DNA from: Squalus acanthias
Taxonomy: Eukaryota
DNA length: 61,570 bases
Direction: 5' to 3'
Assembly: GCA_030390025.1 (NCBI GenBank)
Contig: JASTWF010000354.1
Location: 434,001-495,570 of the forward strand
The notes under the pieces are model-generated. The model was not told where the DNA came from. It was given only the letters and a program-made list of their open reading frames with translations, and ran no database searches. Positions 1 through 12,100 of this stretch are shown piece after piece (the first letter of the stretch is position 1; each line of letters begins with the position of its first letter). Made by a program: the position numbers and the translations under genes.

Positions 1-224
1 GGATCACATTAATCCTGCCCAGTCTGGGACTGTGCTGTCACTACAGCTGATGGAGGTTCCAGTTAGAGCTGGGATCTGCCCAGAGTAATAACATTTCAGC
101 GAGGTTAAAGACAAGACAGAAAGAAACATTACACACAGTGTCAAACACTGATAACATCTCATAAATCAACTCGCGCCCTGAATGTTAAAATAAATCGTGT
201 TTTATTCGCTCAAATTCTACAGAA

Positions 225-295
225 AATAAAGAACTTGCATTTCTATAGTGCCTTTCATGACCTCAGGATGTTCCTAAATGTTTTACAGCCAATGA
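225..295 (-). mobile_element. DeuSINE (SacSINE1-like) 3' tail fragment
   Basis: AAAGAACTTGCATTTCTATAGTGCCTTTCATGACCTCAGGATG...TTTACAGCCAATGA aligns by eye to the longer copy at 56843-56915 in this window. Family name is from recall. Confidence 0.7.
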
Positions 296-338
296 CGGCC
301 TTGCCAGTGATGCCCACATCATGCGAATGAATTAAAAT
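296..338 (+). mobile_element. 3' terminal fragment of a LINE/SINE tail (same tail as 57926-57965, opposite strand)
   Basis: GGCCTTGCCAGTGATGCCCACATC...GAATGAATTAAAA is close to the reverse complement of GATGTGGGCATCGCTGGCAAGTCC at ~57929-57952. Confidence 0.6.
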
Positions 339-365
339 CTATCATCTTACAATCCTAAAGATAAC

Positions 366-890
366 TTTCTGGGTATCACACTTTAGGAAGGATGTCAAGG
401 CCTTGGAGTGGGTGCAGAGGGGATTTACTGGAATGGTACCAGGGAGGAGGGATTTCATTTATGTGGAGAGACTGGAGAAGCTGGGATTGTTCTCCTTAGA
501 GCAGAGAATGTTAAAGGAATATTTAATAGAGCTGTTCAAAATTATGAGGAGTTTTGATCGAATAAATAAAGAGAAACTGTTTCCAGTGGCAGGAGGGTGG
601 GTAACCAGAGGACACAGATTGAAGGGAATTGGCAAAAGAACCAGAGGGAGATGAGGAGAATGTTTTTACAGCGAGTTGTTGTGATCTGGAATGTGCTGCC
701 TGAAAGGGCGGTGGAAGCAGATTCAATAGTAACTTTCAAAAGGGAATTGGATAAATACTAGAACAGGAAGTATTTTCAGGGCTGTGGGGAAAGAGCAGGG
801 AGTGGGACTAATTGGAGAGCTCTTTCAAAGAGCCGGCACAGGCCCGATGGGCCGAATGGCCTCCTCCTGTGCTGTCTGATTCTGTGACTC
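366..890 (+). mobile_element. 5'-truncated CR1 LINE, 3' end of ORF2 plus 3'UTR (degenerate)
   Basis: Translation LEWVQRGFTGMVPG...ERLEKLGLFSLEQR...TRGHRLK is the CR1 ORF2 C-terminus. The 3'UTR motif GATGGGCCGAATGGCCTCCTCCTGTGCTG follows. Frameshifted. Confidence 0.9.
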
Positions 891-1807
891 TATGAGATAC
901 AGGGAGGCTCCAGTGACCAGTATAGAGACAGTAAATGGTTAGACATTCTTCCCATATCCAGCTGCAATCAGGGCAGCTCGGAAACTGCCCCAAGAGTCCG
1001 TAGTTCAAAGGGCACGGGCAGGATGACAGGCTCCACATTTCCAAAATACAAATCCCGTCACATTGGGGTGTCGATCCTCCCAGTAATTAGTGGGCCGCGG
1101 ACTATCGGAGAGTGAGAAGAGCAGGAGGAACATTTCCCTTCCTTCATCTCCTGCCCAGCAGACAGAAACATCAATATAAGGTCATCAGCGTTCCAATCTC
1201 ACTCTGACAGCAGCTCCCTGCTGACTAACCTGCTGTTACTGATGGGCTTGCACTTTACTCCCAACAACACACAGACCTCAACAAGATGTTCTTCCACTCC
1301 TCTCGCCTGCCTGGATCAGCAGGCAATTCACAAACTCCGCTTCACATCTTCCTTTGCCGACTCTCCCCCTCCTGCCCTCCTCAGCTCTTCCCCATCTCTT
1401 TCTCTCGCTCCCTCGCTCCATCCCCTCACGGGGCAGCTTCCAAGTTTGCTTCCCCTTTAATATTTCAGTAAAAGGCCCCTGAAATCCCCCGACTGCCCCC
1501 GGGGAAGCTCCTGAACCTTTCCTTCCTGGTTACACAGCAGACAAGGAGGGACATCTTCCCGTCACACTCCACAAACAAACCATCCCAGCACAGTGCAGGA
1601 ACACATCTGGAAACAGCTGCTCCCAGCAAGTTGGGAAGAGCTTTGTGTCGATGGAATTGAAGCAAAAACCAGCCCAGTCCCCGAGTTTGTCTCCCGATAA
1701 ATTAGAGCAGATGTCCCGGAGCTGATTCCTGCTCCTCACTGGGACAAGGTGCAAACACGGAATATGAGTGAATTTGCAGTTATTCTGCACCTTCTCATTC
1801 CCAGTCT
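445..1807 (+). repeat. Left arm of inverted segmental duplication (partner 55915-57828)
   Basis: 1078-1807 is the near-identical reverse complement of 55915-56643. 780-1068 matches 57229-57520, and 445-780 matches 57520-57828 more loosely. The ORF track gives the same peptides on opposite strands (MGLHFTP..., ...GNEKVQNNC...). Confidence 0.95.
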
Positions 1808-2006
1808 CGGAGCAAGTGTCACAAACTGAACCACAGCTCATCCACTCAGCCCTAATCACCCAGCTTAATGAAAACTGCAAACCCAACCCTTCGTAAACAC
1901 ATCACTCATTGTGTGAATCATTCACTCACACATCCTCACCCCTGAGAGCGATCCATAAACCACATCGCACTGAATATTATGGGCTGTGTCTATTTCAGTG
2001 CATTGT

Positions 2007-2135
2007 GTGTCAGCTTGGCTCAGTGAGCAGCACTCTCACCTCTGAGTCAGAAGGTCGAGGGTTCAAGTCCAACTCCAGAGACTTGAGCACATAATCCAGT
2101 CTGACATTCCCAGCGCATTGCTGAGGGAGCGTTGC
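2007..2135 (+). mobile_element. tRNA-derived SINE head (DeuSINE/SacSINE1-like), 3' truncated
   Basis: A box TGGCTCAGTGAG (2016-2027) and B box GGTTCAAGTCC (2060-2070). They are followed by GACTTGAGCACATAATCCAGTCTGACA, which matches the reverse complement of 57177-57204. Confidence 0.85.
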
Positions 2136-2337
2136 ACTGTCGGAGGGGCAGTACTGAGGGAGCGCTGCACTGTCGGAGGGGCAGTACTGAGGGAGCGCTG
2201 CACTGTCGGAGGGGCAGTACTGAGGGAGCGCTGCACTGTCGGAGGGGCAGTACTGAGGGAGCGCTGCACTGTCGGAGGGGCAGTACTGAGGGAGCGCTGC
2301 ACTGTCGGAGGGGCAGTACTGAGGGAGTGCTGCAGTG
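2115..2337 (+). repeat. 33-bp minisatellite (GGGCAGTACTGAGGGAGCGCTGCACTGTCGGAG), ~6.5 copies, derived from DeuSINE body
   Basis: Direct tandem copies are visible, with 11-aa periodicity in the ORF track. A single-copy equivalent lies in the DeuSINE at 57138-57169 (minus strand). Confidence 0.95.
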
Positions 2338-2342
2338 TTGCA

Positions 2343-2391
2343 CCTGGGGAATATGGTAATGTTATACCAGGGGAATATGGTGATGTTGTAC
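2343..2391 (+). repeat. 24-bp minisatellite (CCTGGGGAATATGGTGATGTTATA), left part, 2 copies
   Basis: Two copies here. The same unit resumes at 2993-3051, after the CR1. Confidence 0.8.
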
Positions 2392-2392
2392 A

Positions 2393-2991
2393 GAGAAAAA
2401 TAGGAGCAGGAGTAGGCCATTCGGCCCTTCGAGCCTGCTCCACCATTCAATATGATCATGGCTGATCCTTTATCTCAATACCATATTCCCGCTCTCTCCC
2501 CATACCCCTTGATGCCTTTTGTGTCTAGATATCTATCTATCTCCTTCTTTAATATATTCAGTGAATTAGCCTCCTGTGGTAGAGAATTCCACAGGTTCAC
2601 CACCCACTGAGTGAAGAAATTTCTTCTCATCTCAGTCCTAAATGTCCTACCCCGTATCCTGAGACTGTGACCCCTCGTTCTAGACCCCCCCAGCCAGGGG
2701 GAACATCCTCCCTGCAACAAGTCTGTCGAGCCCTGACAGAATTTTATATGTTTCAATGAGATCCCCTCTCTTTCTTCTAATCTCTAGTGAATATAGGGCT
2801 AGTCGACACAATGTCTCCTCATACGACAGTCCTGCCATCCCAGGAATCAGTCTAGTGAACCTTCGCTGCACTCCCTCCATGACAAGTATATCCTTTCTTA
2901 GGTAAGGAGACCAAAACTGTGCACAGTACTCCAGGTGTGGTCTCACCAAGGCCCTGTATAACTCTAGTAAGATATCCTTGCTCCTGTACTC
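2393..2991 (-). mobile_element. 5'-truncated CR1 LINE 3' end
   Basis: Minus-strand peptides LVRPHLEYCAQFWSPYLRKDI...RRFTRLIPGM and TRGHSLRIRGRTFRTEMRRNFFTQWVVNLWNSLP are CR1 ORF2 C-terminal motifs. The 3'UTR has GGCCGAATGGCCTACTCCTGCTCCTAT. Frameshifted. Confidence 0.95.
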
Positions 2992-2992
2992 C

Positions 2993-3051
2993 TATACCTT
3001 GGGGTATATGGTGATGTTTTACCTGTGGAATATGGTGATGTTATACCTGGG
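2993..3051 (+). repeat. 24-bp minisatellite, right part, ~2.4 copies
   Basis: CCTTGGGGTATATGGTGATGTTTTA CCTGTGGAATATGGTGATGTTATA CCTGGG. Confidence 0.8.
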
Positions 3052-3071
3052 ATCGCAGAATTTACTTGAAT

Positions 3072-3118
3072 TTTGAAGCTGAATTCAAGTTAACAAACTG
3101 ACCTGGTGGTATTTGAAC
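3072..3118 (-). mobile_element. Remnant of tRNA-derived SINE head (B-box region) contiguous with the 39-bp array
   Basis: The minus strand reads ...AATCCAGAGATTGTCA-GTTCAAATACCACCAGGTCAGTTTG.... GTTCAAATAC (3109-3118) resembles a Pol III B box/T-loop. SINE identity is from recall, not an alignment. Confidence 0.55.
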
Positions 3119-6100
3119 TGACAATCTCTGGATTATTAGTCCAGGCCTGTGGATTACTGACATTCTCTGGATTATTAAAACCGGCCTGTGGATTACTGAC
3201 ATTCTCTGGATTATTAGTCCCGGCCTGTGGATTACAGACATTCTCTGGATTATTAGTCCAGGCCTGTGGATTACTGACATTCACTGGATTATTAGTCCAG
3301 GCCTGTGGATTACTGACATTCACTGGATTATTAGTCCAGGCCTGTGGATTACTGACATTCTCTGGATTATTAGTGCTGGCCTGTGGATTACTGACATTCT
3401 CTGGATTATTAGTCCCGGCCTGTGGATTACTGACATTCTCTGGATTATTAGTCCCGGTCTGTGGATTACTGACATTCTCTGGATTATCAGTCCAGGCCTG
3501 TGGATTACTGACATTCTCTGGATTATTAGTCCCGACCTGTGGATTACTGACATTCTCTGGATTATGAGTCCAGGCCTGTGGATTACTGACATTCTCTGGA
3601 TTATCAGTCCAGGCCTGTGGATTACTGACATTCTCTGAATTATTAGTCCAGGCCTGTGGATTACTGACATTCTCTGGATTATCAGTCCAGGCCTGTGGAT
3701 TACTGACATTCTCTGGATTATTAAGCCCGGCCTGTGGATTACTGACATTCTCTGGATTATTAGTCCCAGCCTGTGGATTACTGACATTCTCTGGATTATT
3801 AGTCCAGGGCTGTGGATTACTGACATTCACTGGATTATTAGACAAATCCTGTGGATTACTGACATTCTCTGGATTATTAGTCCCGGCCTGTGGATTACCG
3901 ACATTCTCTGGATTAACAGTCCAGGCCTGTGGATTACTGACATTCTCTGCATTAACTGTCCAGGACTGTGGATTACTGACATTCTCTGGCTTATTAGTGC
4001 AGGCCTGTGGATTACTGACATTCTCTGGATTATTAGTCCAGGCCTGTGGATTACTGACATTTTCTGGATTATTAGTCCAGGCCTGTGGATTACTGACATT
4101 CTCAGGATTATGAGACAACTCCTGTGGATTACTGACATTCTCAGGATTATTAGTCCTGGCCTGTAGATTACTGACAATATCTGGATTATTAGTCCAGGCC
4201 TGTGGATTACTGACATTCTCTGGATTATTAGTGCTGGCCTGTGGATTACTGACATTCTCTGGATTATTAGTCCCGGCCTGTGGATTACTGTCATTCTCTG
4301 GATTATTAGTGCCGGCCTGTGGATTACTGACATTCTCTGGATTATTAGTCCAGGCCTGTGGATTACTGATATTCTCTGGATTATTAGTCCCGGCCTGTGG
4401 ATTACTGACATTTTCTGGATTAACAGTCCAGGCCTGTGGATTACTGACAGTCTCTGGATTATTATTCCAGGCCTGTGGATTACTGAAAGTCTCTGGATTA
4501 TTAGTCCAGGCCTGTGGATTACTGACAGTCTCTGGATTATCAGTCCAGGCCTGTGGATTACTGACTGTCTCTGGATTATTAGTCCAGGCCTGTGGATTAC
4601 TGACATTCTCTGGATTATTAGTGCAGGCCTCTGGATTACTGACATTATCTGGATTATTAGTCCAGGCCTGTGGATTACTGACATTTTCTGGATTAACAGT
4701 CCCGGCCTGTGGATGACTGACATTCTCTGGATTATCAGTCCAGGCCTGTGGATTACTGACATTCTCTGGATTATTAGTCCAGGCCTTAGGATTACTGACA
4801 TTCACTGGATTATTAGACAACTCCTGTGGATTACTGACATTCTCTGGATTATTAGTCCTGGCCTGTAGATTACTTACAATCTCTGGATTATTAGTCCAGG
4901 CCTGTGGAATACTGACATTCTCTGGATTATTAGTCCCGGCCTGTGGAATACTGACATTCTCTGGATTATTAGTCCCGGCCTGTGGATTACTGACATTCTC
5001 TGGATTATCAGTCCAGGCCTGTGGATTACTGACATTCTCTGGATTATCAGTCCTGGCTTGTGGATTACTGACATTCTCTGGATTATTAGTCCAGGCCTGT
5101 GGATTACTGACAGTCTCTGGATTATCCGTCCAGGCCTGTGGATTACTGACAGTCTCTGGATTATCAGTCCAGGCCTGTGGATTACTGACAGTCTCTGGAT
5201 TATTAGTCCAGGCCTGTGGATTACTGACAGTCTCTGGATTATTAGTCCCGGTCTGAGGATTACTGGCATTCTCTGGATTATTAGTCCTGGCCTGTGGATT
5301 ACTGACATTCTCTTGTGTATTTGTCCAGACCTGTGGATTACTGACATTTTCTGGATTATTAGTCCCGTACTGCGGATTACTGACATTCTCTGGATTATTA
5401 GTCCAGGCCTGTGGATTACTGACATTCTCTGGATTATTAGTCCAGGCCTGTGGATTACTGACATTCACTGGATTATTAGTCCAGGCCTTTGGATTACTGA
5501 CATTCACTGGATTATTAGTCCAGGCCTGTAGATTACTGACATTCTCTGGATTATTAGTCCAGGCCTGTGGATTACTGACATTCTCTGGATTATTAGTCCA
5601 GGCCTGTGGATTACTGACATTCTCTGTATTATCAGTCCAGGCCTGTGGATTACTGACATTCTCTGGATTATTAGTCCCGGATTGTGGATTACTGACATTC
5701 TCTTGTTTATTAGTCCAGGCCTGTGGATTACTGACATTCTCTGGATTATTAGTCCCGGCCTGTGGATTACTGACATTCTCTGGATTATTAGTCCAGGCCT
5801 GTGTCTTACTGACATTCTCTGGATTATTAGTCCAGGCCTGTGGATTACTGACATTCTCTGGATTATTAGTCCAGGCCTTTGGATTACTGACATTCACTGG
5901 ATTATTGGACAACTCCTGTGGATTATTGACATTCTCTGGATTATTAGTCCAGGCCTGTGGATTACTGACATTCTCTGGATTATTAGTCCCGGTCTGTGGA
6001 TTATTGACATTCTCTGGATTATTAGACCAGGCCTGCAGATTACTGACATTCTCTGGATTATTAGTCCAGGCCTGTGGATTACTGACATTCTCTGGATTAT

Positions 6101-9100
6101 TAGACCAGGCCTGTGGATTACTGACATTCTCTGGATTATTAGTCCCGGTCTGTGGATTATTGACATTCTCTGGATTATTAGACCAGGCCTGCAGATTACT
6201 GACATTCTCTGGATTATTAGTCCAGGCCTGTGGATTACTGACATTCTCTGGATTATTAGTCCCGGTCTGTGGATTATTGACATTCTCTGGATTATTAGAC
6301 CAGGCCTGCAGATTACTGACATTCTCTGGATTATTAGTCCAGGCCTGTGGATTACTGACATTCTCTGGATTGTCAGTCCAGGCCTGTGGATTACTGACAT
6401 TCACTGGATTATTAGTCCAGGCCTGTGGATTACTGACATTCTCTGGATTATTAGACCAGGCCTGCAGATTACTGACATTCTCTGGATTTTTAGTCCAGGC
6501 CTGTGGATTACTGACATTCTCTGGATTATTAGTCCAGGCCTGTGGATTACTGACATTCTCTGGATTATTAGTCCTGGTCTGTAGATTACTGACAATCTCT
6601 GGATTATTAGTCCAGGCCTGTGGATTACTGACATTCTCTGGATTATTAGTGCTGGCCTGTGGATTGCTGACATTCTCTGGATTATCAGTCCAGGCCTGTG
6701 GATTACTGACAGTCTCTGGATTATTAGTCCAGGCCTGTGGATTACTGACAGTCTCTGGATTATTAGTCCCGGTCTGAGGATTACTGGCATTCTCTGGATT
6801 ATTAGTCCTGGCCTGTGGATTACTGACATTCTCTTGTGTATTTGTCCAGGCCTGTGGATTACTGACATTTTCTGGATTATTAGTCCCGGCCTGTGGATTA
6901 CTGACATTCTCTGGATTATTAGTCCAGGCCTGTGGATTACTGACATTCTCTGGATTATTTGTCCAGGCCTGTGGATTACTGACATTCTCTGCATTAACAG
7001 TCCAGGCCTGTGGATTACTGACATTCTCTGGATTTTTAGTGCAGGCCTGTGGATTACTGACATTCTCTGGATTATTAGTCCCGGCCTGTGGATTACTGAC
7101 ATTCTCTGGATTATTAGTCCAGGCCTGTGGCTTACTGACATTCTCTGGATTATTAGACCAGGCCTGTGGATTACTGACATTCACTGGATTATTAGTCCAG
7201 GCCTTTGGATTACTGACATTCACTGGATTATTGGACAACTCCTGTGGATTATTGACATTCTCTGGATTATTAGTCCCGGCCTGTGGATTACTGACATTCT
7301 CTGGATTAACAGTCCAGGCCTGTGGATTACTGACATTCTCTGCATTAACTGTCCAGGACTGTGGATTACTGACATTCTCTGGATTGTTAGTGCAGGCCTG
7401 TGGATTACTGACATTCTCTGGATTATTAGTCCCGGCCTGTGGATTACTGTCATTCTCTGGATTATTAGTCCCGGCCTGTGGATTACTGACATTCTCTGGA
7501 TTATTAGTCGAGGCCTGTGGATTACTGACATTCTCTTGTTTATTTCTCAGGCCTGTGGATTACTGACATTCTCTGGATTATTAGTCCCGGCCTGTGGATT
7601 ACTGACATTCTCTGGATTATTAGTCCAGGCCTGTGGATTTCTGACATTCTCTGCATTAACCGTCCAGGCCTGTGGATTACTGACATTCTCTGGATTTTTA
7701 GTGCAGGCCTGTGGATTACTGACATTCTCTGGATTATTAGTCCCGGCCTGTGGATTACTGACATTCTCTGGATTAACAGTCCAGGCCTGTGGATTACTGA
7801 CATTCTCTGGATTATTAATCCAGGCCTGTGGATTATTGACATTCTCTGGATTATTAGTCCAGGCCTGTGGATTACTGACATTCTCTGGATTATTAGTCCC
7901 GGCCTGTGGATTACTGACATTCTCTGGATTGTCAGTCCAGGCCTGTGGATTACTGACATTACTGGATTATTAGTCCAGGCCTGTTGATTACTGACATTCT
8001 CTGGATTATTAGACCAGGCCTGCAGATTACTGACATTCTCTGGATTATTAGTTCAGGCCTGTGGAATACTGACATTCTCTGGATTAACAGTCCAGGCCTG
8101 TGGATTACTGACATTCTCTGGATTATTAGTCCAGGCCTTTGGATTACTGACATTCACTGGATTATTAGACAACTCCTGTGGATTACTGACATTCTCTGGA
8201 TTATTAGTCCTGGCCTGTAGATTACTGACAATCTCTGGATTATTAGTCCAGGCCTGTGGAATACTGACATTCTCTGGATTATTAGTCACGGCCTGTGGAA
8301 TACTGACATTCTCTGGATTATTAGTCCCGGCCAGTGGATTACTGACATTTTCTGGATTATCAGTCCAGGCCTGTGGATTACTGACATTCTCTGGATTATC
8401 AGTCCAGGCTTGTGGATTACTGACATTCGCTGGATTATTAGTCCAGGCCTGTGGATTACTGACATTCTCTGGATTATCAGTCCAGGCCTGTGGATTACTG
8501 ACAGTCTCTGGATTATTAGTCCAGGCCTGTGGATTACTGACAGTCTCTGGATTATTAGTCCTGGCCTGTGGATTACTGACATTCTCTTGTGTATTTGTCC
8601 AGACCTGTGGATTACTGACATTTTCTGGATTATTAGTCCCGGCCTGCGGATTACTGACATTCTCTGGATTATTAGTCCAGGCCTGTGGATTACTGACATT
8701 CTCTGGATTATTAGTCCAGGCCTGTGGATTACTGCCATTCACTGGATTATTAGTCCAGGCCTTTGGATTACTGACATTCACTGGATTATTAGTCCAGGCC
8801 TGTAGATTACTGACATTCTCTGGATTATTAGTCCAGGCCTGTGGATTACTGACATTCTCTGGATTATTAGTCCAGGCCTGTGGATTACTGACATTCTCTG
8901 TATTATCAGTCCAGGCCTGTGGATTACTGACAGTCTCTGGATTATTAGTCCCGGCCTGTGGATTACTGACATTCTCTGGATTATTAGTCCCGGCCTGTGG
9001 ATTACTGACATTCTCTGGATTATTAGTCCAGGCCTGTGGATTACTGACATTCTCTGGATTATTAGTCCCGGCCTGTGGATTACTGACATTCTCTGGATTA

Positions 9101-12100
9101 TTAGTCCAGGCCTGTGGATTACTGACATTCTCTGGTTTATTAGTCCAGGCCTGTGGATTACTGACATTCTCTGGATTATTAGTCCAGGCCTGTGGATTAC
9201 TGACATTCTCTGGATTATTAGTCCAGGCCTGTGGATTACTGACATTCTCTGGATTATTAGTCCAGGCCTGTGGATTACTGACATTCTCTGGATTATTAGT
9301 CCAGGCCTGTGGATTACTGACATTCTCTGGATTATAGTCCAGGCCTGTGGATTACTGACATTCTCTGGATTATTAGTCCAGGCCTGTGGATTACTGACAT
9401 TCTCTGGATTATTAGTCCAGGCCTGTGGATTACTGACATTCTCTGGATTATTAGTCCAGGCCTGTGATTACTGACATTCTCTGGATTATTAGTCCAGGCC
9501 TGTGGATTACTGACATTCTCTGGATTATTAGTCCAGGCCTGTGGATTACTGACATTCTCTGGATTATTAGTCCCGGCCTGTGGATTACTGACATTCTCTG
9601 GATTATTAGACCAGGCCTGTGGATTACTGACATTCTCTGGATTATTAGTCCAGGCCTGTGGATTACTGACATTCTCTGGATTATTAGTCCAGGTCCTGTG
9701 GATTACTGACATTCTCTGGATTATTAGTCAAGGCCTGCTGATTACTGACATTCTCTGGATTATTAGTCCAGGCCTGTGGATTACTGACATTCTCTGGATT
9801 ATTAGTCCAGGCCTGTGGATTACTGACATTCTCTGGATTATTAGTCCAGGCCTGTGGATTACTGACATTCTCTGGATTATTAGTCCAGGCCTGTGGATTA
9901 CTGACATTCTCTGGATTATTAGTCCAGGCCTGTGGATTACTGACATTCTCTGGATTATAGTCCAGGCCTGTGGATTACTGACATTCTCTGGATTATTAGT
10001 CCAGGCCTGTGGATTACTGACATTCTCTGGATTATTAGTCCTGGCCTGTGGATTACTGACATTCTCTGGATTATTAGTCCAGGCCTGTGGATTACTGACA
10101 TTCTCTGGATTATTAGTCCAGGCCTGTGGATTACTGACATTCTCTGGATTATTAGTCCAGGCCTGTGGATTACTGACATTCTCTGGATTATTAGTCCAGG
10201 CCTGTGGATTACTGACATTCTCTGGATTATTAGTCCAGGCCTGTGGATTACTGACATTCTCTGGATTATTAGTCCAGGCCTGTGGATTACTGACATTCTC
10301 TGGATTATTAGTCCAGGCCTGTGGATTACTGACATTCTCTGGATTATTAGTCCAGGCCTGTGGATTACTGACATTCTCTGGATTATTAGTCCAGGCCTGT
10401 GGATTACTGACATTCTCTGGATTATTAGTCCAGGCCTGTGGATTACTGACATTCTCTGGATTATTAGTCCAGGCCTGTGGATTACTGACATTCTCTGGAT
10501 TATTAGTCCCGGCCTGTGGATTACTGACATTCTCTGGATTATTAGTCCAGGCCTGTGGATTACTGACATTCTCTGGATTATTAGTCCAGGCCTGTGGATT
10601 ACTGACATTCTCTGGATTATCAGTCCAGGCCTGTGGATTACTGACATTCTCTGGATTATTAGTCCAGGCCTGTGGATTACTGACATTCTCTGGATTATTA
10701 GTCCAGGCCTGTGGATTACTGACATTCTCTGGATTATTAGTCCAGGCCTGTGGATTACTGACATTCTCTGGATTATTAGTCCAGGCCTGTGGATTACTGA
10801 CATTCTCTGGATTATTAGTCCAGGCCTGTGGATTACTGACATTCTCTGGATTATTAGTCCAGGCCTGTGGATTACTGACATTCTCTGGATTATTAGTCCA
10901 GGCCTGTGGATTACTGACATTCTCTGGATTATTAGTCCAGGCCTGTGGATTACTGACATTCTCTGGATTATTAGACCAGGCCTGTAGATTACTGACATTC
11001 TCTGGATTATTAGTCCAGGCCTGTGGATTACTGACATTCTCTGGATTAACAGTCCAGGCCTGTGGATTACTGACATTCTCTGGATTATTAGTCCAGGCCT
11101 GTGGATTACTGACATTCTCTGGATTATTAGTCCAGGCCTGTGGATTACTGACATTCTCTGGATTATTAGTCCAGGCCTGTGGATTACTGACATTCTCTGG
11201 ATTATTAGTCCAGGCCTGTGGATTACTGACATTCTCTGGATTATTAGTCCAGGCCTGTGGATTACTGACATTCTCTGGATTATTAGTCCAGGCCTGTGGA
11301 TTACTGACATTCTCTGGATTATCAGTCCAGGCCTGTGGATTACTGACATTCTCTGGATTATTAGTCCAGGCCTGTGGATTACTGACATTCTCTGGATTAT
11401 TAGTCCAGGCCTGTGGATTACTGACATTCTCTGGATTATTAGTCCAGGCCTGTGGATTACTGACATTCTCTGGATTATTAGTCCAGGCCTGTGGATTACT
11501 GACATTCTCTGGATTATTAGTCCAGGCCTGTGGATTACTGACATTCTCTGGATTATTAGTCCAGGCCTGTGGATTACTGACATTCTCTGGATTATTAGTC
11601 CAGGCCTGTGGATTACTGACATTCTCTGGATTATTAGTCCCGGCCTGTGGATTACTGACATTCTCTGGATTATTAGTCCAGGCCTGTGGATTACTGACAT
11701 TCTCTGGATTATTAGTCCAGGCCTGTGGATTACTGACATTCTCTGGATTATTAGTCCAGGCCTGTGGATTACTGACATTCTCTGGATTATTAGTCCAGGC
11801 CTGTGGATTACTGACATTCTCTGGATTATTAGTCCAGGCCTGTGGATTACTGACATTCTCTGGATTATTAGTCCAGGCCTGTGGATTACTGACATTCTCT
11901 GGATTATTAGTCCAGGCCTGTGGATTACTGACATTCTCTGGATTATTAGTCCAGGCCTGTGGATTACTGACATTCTCTGGATTATTAGTCCAGGCCTGTG
12001 GATTACTGACATTCTCTGGATTATTAGTCCAGGCCTGTGGATTACTGACATTCTCTGGATTATTAGTCCAGGCCTGTGGATTACTGACATTCTCTGGATT

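Noticed and set aside
2007..2080. Functional tRNA gene
   Set aside because: A and B boxes are present, but I see no convincing cloverleaf or terminator, and the sequence continues into SINE body.
2010..2465. Cys-rich repeat proteins (AALPQYCPSDS)n
   Set aside because: These are translations of the 33-bp SINE-derived minisatellite, which is open in multiple frames.
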